Source: Verrucomicrobiota bacterium
Lineage (GTDB): Bacteria; Verrucomicrobiota; Verrucomicrobiia; Limisphaerales; UBA1100
DNA length: 64,000 bases
Direction: 5' to 3'
Assembly: GCA_028343615.1 (NCBI GenBank)
Contig: JAOLZA010000002.1
Location: forward strand, 1,515 to 65,514
Shown: piece after piece, positions 59,720-64,000 of the stretch
Position numbering within the stretch: the stretch's first letter is position 1
Layout of the letters: every line of letters begins with the position of its first letter
Made by a program: the position numbers and the translations under genes
The notes under the pieces: generated by a model
Databases searched by the model: none
Seen by the model: the letters and a program-made list of their open reading frames with translations, nothing else
Told to the model about the DNA's origin: nothing

Positions 59720-62521
59720 TCAGTAAACATAAATGAATTCGTTGGAATTGAAAAGCAGCAGACACAAATCCGCCAGAGCACGTGTGTTAACGCTTACATC
59801 TTCAGATCTTTTATTGGCCACATAATTTTCAAATACAGGCAGTATTTCCTCGTATTCAAAGGGTTGGCCGGTGAGTTCCTCCACCAGTGAGCGGGTAATG
59901 GACGTTGGATACACCACTTTCTCAGGTTGATGCTTTGCGTGATAAGCCCGCATCTTGGTGACATACTGCTTGAGCCTTTCCCACTCCACCTTATCGGGCA
60001 CCCGACCAAAAGCCAGTTGTACTGCACGTTTTACCTGAAGATGAAGGGTATCAAATTCCTTCTCGGCACGTAAAGCCAAGGCAATGGCGCGATCACTCAT
60101 AACCTGACTATTAAGCAGGGTAAAAGCCTGTGGAGTTACGGCTGCTGAATCGCGTTCTTCACAGGAATTATTGGGGTTAGGCTGATTAAAAAGTTCCAGA
60201 AAAGGGTCAGCCTGACCGCGTACACGGTAGGCATAGATGGTGCGGCGATTGCGTTCTGTCGGCGTGCGCGAAGGTTGATAGGCCGGAGAGAGAGAGAACT
60301 GAATCATGCGTGGCTGCAATGCCACTTCCATGTTGATCTCGGGCATCACCGGGAAACCACCCAAAGCGCGGTTAAGCTCGCCGGTGGATACCAGCAAACT
60401 ATCGCGCATCTCCTCAGCCGTAAGCCGGCGCGGCGGATGATAGGCAAAGAAGGCATTGTCCGGGTCCGTATTCCTTAACTTATCCAACCGGGGATGACTT
60501 CCACTTTGCCGGTAAGTGGCTGAACTCATAATCATCCGGTGCAGCCGCTTGAATTTCCAGCCGTGCTCCACGAAATCAGCAGCCAACCAGTCGAGTAATT
60601 CCGGGTGAGTCGGCTTACCGCCTTTGGCCCCAAAGTTATTCGGGTTACCGGCCAATGGTTTACCGAAATGATGCTGCCACACTCGATTTACAATCGATCG
60701 AGCAGTCAACGGATTCTTCGGGTCGGCAATCCATTTGGCTAAGGCAAGCCGACGCCCCTGAAGCTTGTCAGAAATTACGTAGGGGTCAGGGCCTGTTGTC
60801 GATACAGGAACAGCCAAGGCGCTCAACACACCGGGACTAACCTCTTCACCCGGAGCCTCCAGCGCACCTCCCAAAAGTATATGACTTACAGGAAGAATCT
60901 TTTTACTGGGTTTATTGGGCATGCGCATGGAACGGGCGTTCAGGCTCTTGGGAGTCGGACCATTGTATACTCCCTGCACCATGGGTTCGTAACGTTCCAA
61001 CCGGCGTTTCCATATCCACTCATCCTGCATTCGAACCTTTAATCTTCCTTGTTCTTCAGGACTCAGACCCACATGACGTGGAGGCTTCTCTTCATCGGCA
61101 AGTTTCCGCCGCGCATTGGCATCCAGATATTTCTTGCCGTGTTCAGCATACCACTTGCGGGCGGCGGTCTCCTGTTTCTGGTGCAACTCATTATGCTTTG
61201 CCTTGGCATGATTCCAAAGACGTTGAGTGATCGCCTTTTTTTGGTTGAGGCCCGACCGGTTTTCCTGCTTCAGGAACGGCGCCGGACGTTCGGCCAGCTG
61301 GGTGCCAGTAAAGGCAGCGTACATCCGGTAATAATCACGCGTGGGCAAGGGATCAAACTTGTGGTCATGGCACTTGAAACAGCTCATCGTGGTGCTGAGG
61401 AAAGTTTGACCAACGGAGTTCACCACATCATCGATAAAAATCTGCCGTGCCTGCGGCGCAAGAGTCATGGCCGGATCCCACGGACCCATGCGCAGAAAGC
61501 TAGCCGCAATCAATAGCTCCGGGTTCCGTTTTTCTTCGGGCTGCTTTTCCCAGAGTTCATCGCCGGCAATTTGTTCGATAACAAACTCGTTGTAAGGCTT
61601 ATCATTGTTGAAAGCGCGAATGACATAGTCACGATAGCGCCACACATTAGAACGCTCGTAATCATTGGAGTAGCCACCCGTATCGGCATAGCGCGCGACA
61701 TCGAGCCAATGCTGCCCCCAGCGCTCGCCATAGTGTGGGCTAGCCAACAATTGGTCGATCAGTACGCTCCACGCCTTTGCCGGATCCTTGTCCCAGACCA
61801 ATCGGAATTGATAAATCTCAAAAGGAGTCGGCGGCAACCCGGTGAGGTCGTAATATGCCCGCTTCGCCAATGTGCGGAAATCGGCCTGCGGTGCCGACGT
61901 AAAACCCGCTACTTTCAACTTGCGATTGATAAAGGCATCAATGGGATTTGCCGTGCCCTTCGGCACATTTGGTTTTACCAATGGCTGAAAAGCCCACACG
62001 TCCTCAGGTTTATAGCGCCGATAGGTCCAATCCTCTGACAGTCCCCCACTCGTTTTCACCAGAACACCCTCGGCAGTCACCGGCTTGGCACGTTCCTCGG
62101 AGATGTAACGTGTCTGTATTTTTGCATCTGGCCAAGGGGCACCCAGTTCAATCCAACGTTTGAGTGCAGAAAGTTGTGTAACTGAAAGCTTATCGTTCTC
62201 CTTGGGCGGCATCACCGACCAATCATCCTCGTGCTTGCGACTCGCCGCCAAGTAGAGTGGACTTTTTAAAGGCTTGCCGGGAACGAGCGAGGGCTCCTCG
62301 CTTTCGCCACCCTTGAGCAACCCGGCACGCGAAGTAAGACTCAGTTCCCCTTTAATCTTCTTTGCATCCTCACCATGACACGCAAAACATTTACTACTAA
62401 GGATTAACCGAATCTTGAGGGCAAACAAACGCTCTCCTTCCTGCCTGGCATCTGCGAGTGCAGAAACTTTAAAGGCAAAAGATAATAGAAGGATTGCGGT
62501 GAATCTCATAAGACGTGCCAC
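59720..62521 (-). CDS. DUF1549/DUF1553 (PSD1) planctomycete cytochrome c protein
   Basis: CFACHG, NPIDAFI, YGERWGQHWLDVARYADT, CFKCHDHKFDP, PTHPELLDWLA, RRLTAEEMRD; start may be ATG 62509. Confidence 0.93.
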   Translation of the reverse strand: MARLMRFTAILLLSFAFKVSALADARQEGERLFALKIRLILSSKCFACHGEDAKKIKGELSLTSRAGLLKGGESEEPSLVPGKPLKSPLYLAASRKHEDDWSVMPPKENDKLSVTQLSALKRWIELGAPWPDAKIQTRYISEERAKPVTAEGVLVKTSGGLSEDWTYRRYKPEDVWAFQPLVKPNVPKGTANPIDAFINRKLKVAGFTSAPQADFRTLAKRAYYDLTGLPPTPFEIYQFRLVWDKDPAKAWSVLIDQLLASPHYGERWGQHWLDVARYADTGGYSNDYERSNVWRYRDYVIRAFNNDKPYNEFVIEQIAGDELWEKQPEEKRNPELLIAASFLRMGPWDPAMTLAPQARQIFIDDVVNSVGQTFLSTTMSCFKCHDHKFDPLPTRDYYRMYAAFTGTQLAERPAPFLKQENRSGLNQKKAITQRLWNHAKAKHNELHQKQETAARKWYAEHGKKYLDANARRKLADEEKPPRHVGLSPEEQGRLKVRMQDEWIWKRRLERYEPMVQGVYNGPTPKSLNARSMRMPNKPSKKILPVSHILLGGALEAPGEEVSPGVLSALAVPVSTTGPDPYVISDKLQGRRLALAKWIADPKNPLTARSIVNRVWQHHFGKPLAGNPNNFGAKGGKPTHPELLDWLAADFVEHGWKFKRLHRMIMSSATYRQSGSHPRLDKLRNTDPDNAFFAYHPPRRLTAEEMRDSLLVSTGELNRALGGFPVMPEINMEVALQPRMIQFSLSPAYQPSRTPTERNRRTIYAYRVRGQADPFLELFNQPNPNNSCEERDSAAVTPQAFTLLNSQVMSDRAIALALRAEKEFDTLHLQVKRAVQLAFGRVPDKVEWERLKQYVTKMRAYHAKHQPEKVVYPTSITRSLVEELTGQPFEYEEILPVFENYVANKRSEDVSVNTRALADLCLLLFNSNEFIYVY

Positions 62522-62542
62522 CTTTTAGCTTATTTAAAGCAT

Positions 62543-63244
62543 CTATTTCAAGATTTTCAGCCTAAGATCGGTGAAATGGACGATCATATCAGGATCGTGA
62601 ATTTGGAGTTGAATCATGCCGCTCTTGAGGCGCTTGGCTTTTGGAAGATGCTCGGTAAATTCACTGGAAAGTTTGTCATTAATATAGAGCTTGAAGTTGT
62701 TGCCCTTGACGATGATGTGCACTGTGTTCCAATCGCCCTTCTTGATATCCCCAGCAGTCAGAGCGTCCTTGATGGGTGTAATGGTGGGTTTATCATCCTC
62801 AGCGATCACCAACCGGTCACCACGAAAGCAGCGATGCTCCTTGCGCCCAGGGGTATGGAAGTCCCATGCGCCCATCACGTTTTTGCCAATGCCGAGGTGT
62901 CCGAGGTCCGCATGGTAGCTTTGGAAATCGCGTTTACGGGTTTTGTCTACAATAGCGCGGATACTTACCCCGCTATTACCCTTGCCGGGAAACCGGTAGC
63001 TGAACTTCATCTCAAGGTCAGCCACGTTCTTGTTTGGGGTGTAGGTGAGGTAACCGCGACCGTGATCGCCTTTACCCACAATCAGGCCATCCTTCACGGT
63101 CCAATCCGGTGCGGTTTTAGCCGGTATCGCCTTCCAACCCTTGAGCGTCTTGCCATCAAAAATGGAAATGAAACCGTCCTTGGCGGCCGCCTGTGCGGTG
63201 ACCAGGCCCGATAATAAAAGAAAACTGATAAAGATAGATTTCAT
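62543..63244 (-). CDS. DUF1080 family protein
   Basis: Signal peptide; IFDGKTLKGW, GNSGVSIR, WNTVHI, GMIQLQIH. Confidence 0.9.
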   Translation of the reverse strand: MKSIFISFLLLSGLVTAQAAAKDGFISIFDGKTLKGWKAIPAKTAPDWTVKDGLIVGKGDHGRGYLTYTPNKNVADLEMKFSYRFPGKGNSGVSIRAIVDKTRKRDFQSYHADLGHLGIGKNVMGAWDFHTPGRKEHRCFRGDRLVIAEDDKPTITPIKDALTAGDIKKGDWNTVHIIVKGNNFKLYINDKLSSEFTEHLPKAKRLKSGMIQLQIHDPDMIVHFTDLRLKILK

Positions 63245-63285
63245 GGTAGAATTGATCTCCGCCAATTCAACGATCACAAAGAAGT

Positions 63286-63999
63286 TTAGGCAATCAAATC
63301 CTTGATCACTTCGCCACCGGTTTGGGATAGCTGTTTAAAGCGGCCGCCGTGGAAATAGGTGAGCTTGTTGTCGTTCAATCCCATCAACCGCAGAAAAGTC
63401 ACGTGCAGATCACGGATGGGGTGGACGACTTCTGCGGCATGTTCACCAATCTCATCAGTCGCACCGATGGTATGTCCGGTATTCACCCCACCCCCAGCCA
63501 TCCAGATGGCCATGGCGTTCTTATTATGATCACGCCCAAGGCGCTCGCCCCCACCTCGCTTGCCATTATCGGGTGTACGGCCAAATTCACCGCACCAGAC
63601 AATCAATGTTTCATCGAGCAACCCCCGTTCCTTGAGGTCTTTAATCAGTGAAGCAATGGGCTTATCCACCGAACGAATACGCTCAGTGTGGGAACGGTTT
63701 ATGTAATCATGCGAATCCCAACCGGCGGTGTAGGCCTGCACAAAGCGCACTCCACGCTCAATTAACCGGCGGGCCAAAAGCAGGCGTCGCCCAAACTCCT
63801 CAGTGCGCTGGTTATTAAGCCCGTAAGCTTCACGAGTGCTTTCCTTTTCCTGACCCAGATCCAGAATCCCCGGCACCTTCATTTGCATCCGGTAAGCCAA
63901 TTCGTAGCTATCCATCCGTGCAGCCAGTTCCTGATGACCAGCACGCTTTGCCGCATGGCCTTTATTCAGCTTGGATAATAAATCGAGGTTACTGCGCTG
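63286..63999 (-). CDS. DUF1501 family protein, 5' part outside the window
   Basis: YELAYRMQ, ERGVRFVQ, WDSH, GEFGRTP, GRDHN; frame open to the window edge. Confidence 0.92.
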   Translation of the reverse strand, partial: QRSNLDLLSKLNKGHAAKRAGHQELAARMDSYELAYRMQMKVPGILDLGQEKESTREAYGLNNQRTEEFGRRLLLARRLIERGVRFVQAYTAGWDSHDYINRSHTERIRSVDKPIASLIKDLKERGLLDETLIVWCGEFGRTPDNGKRGGGERLGRDHNKNAMAIWMAGGGVNTGHTIGATDEIGEHAAEVVHPIRDLHVTFLRLMGLNDNKLTYFHGGRFKQLSQTGGEVIKDLIA

Positions 64000-64000
64000 T

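Overview
64 kb of gene-dense bacterial chromosome. Gene content (DUF1501, DUF1549/DUF1553, DUF1552/DUF1592, DUF1080, PVC-type heme-binding dehydrogenases) points to the PVC superphylum, most likely a Verrucomicrobiota; this is inference. No rRNA, tRNA, CRISPR array, transposase or integrase was recognised. Left part: trypsin-like protease, FG-GAP protein, yjbQ, gap and a zrg-like metal ABC cassette. Best candidate for an undescribed system is a tightly coupled minus-strand operon (about 11.2-23.2 kb): beta-propeller, HemN-like radical SAM (neither HemN nor HemW motifs), chorismate-lyase-fold protein, flavin-dependent halogenase-like enzyme, GT4, thioesterase, DMT-like membrane protein, aryl-CoA ligase and a MacB/FtsX-type ABC transporter. 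It looks like a PKS/NRPS-free pathway for a halogenated, glycosylated aromatic metabolite. Middle: dprA, a DUF1552 remnant, and a Cpx-like two-component system whose kinase carries Spy/CpxP-like and EF-hand-like inserts, with a perfect CpxR-type box facing a divergent ECF sigma. Right half: secreted carbohydrate/sulfate/phosphate-scavenging and cytochrome-c genes, a Gfo/Idh/MocA cassette flanked by a duplicated mscS 3' end, a degenerate 21-bp tandem array and two AT-rich foreign-looking genes. Several genes appear to be transcribed as leaderless mRNAs. All family assignments are from motif recognition by eye, not database searches.
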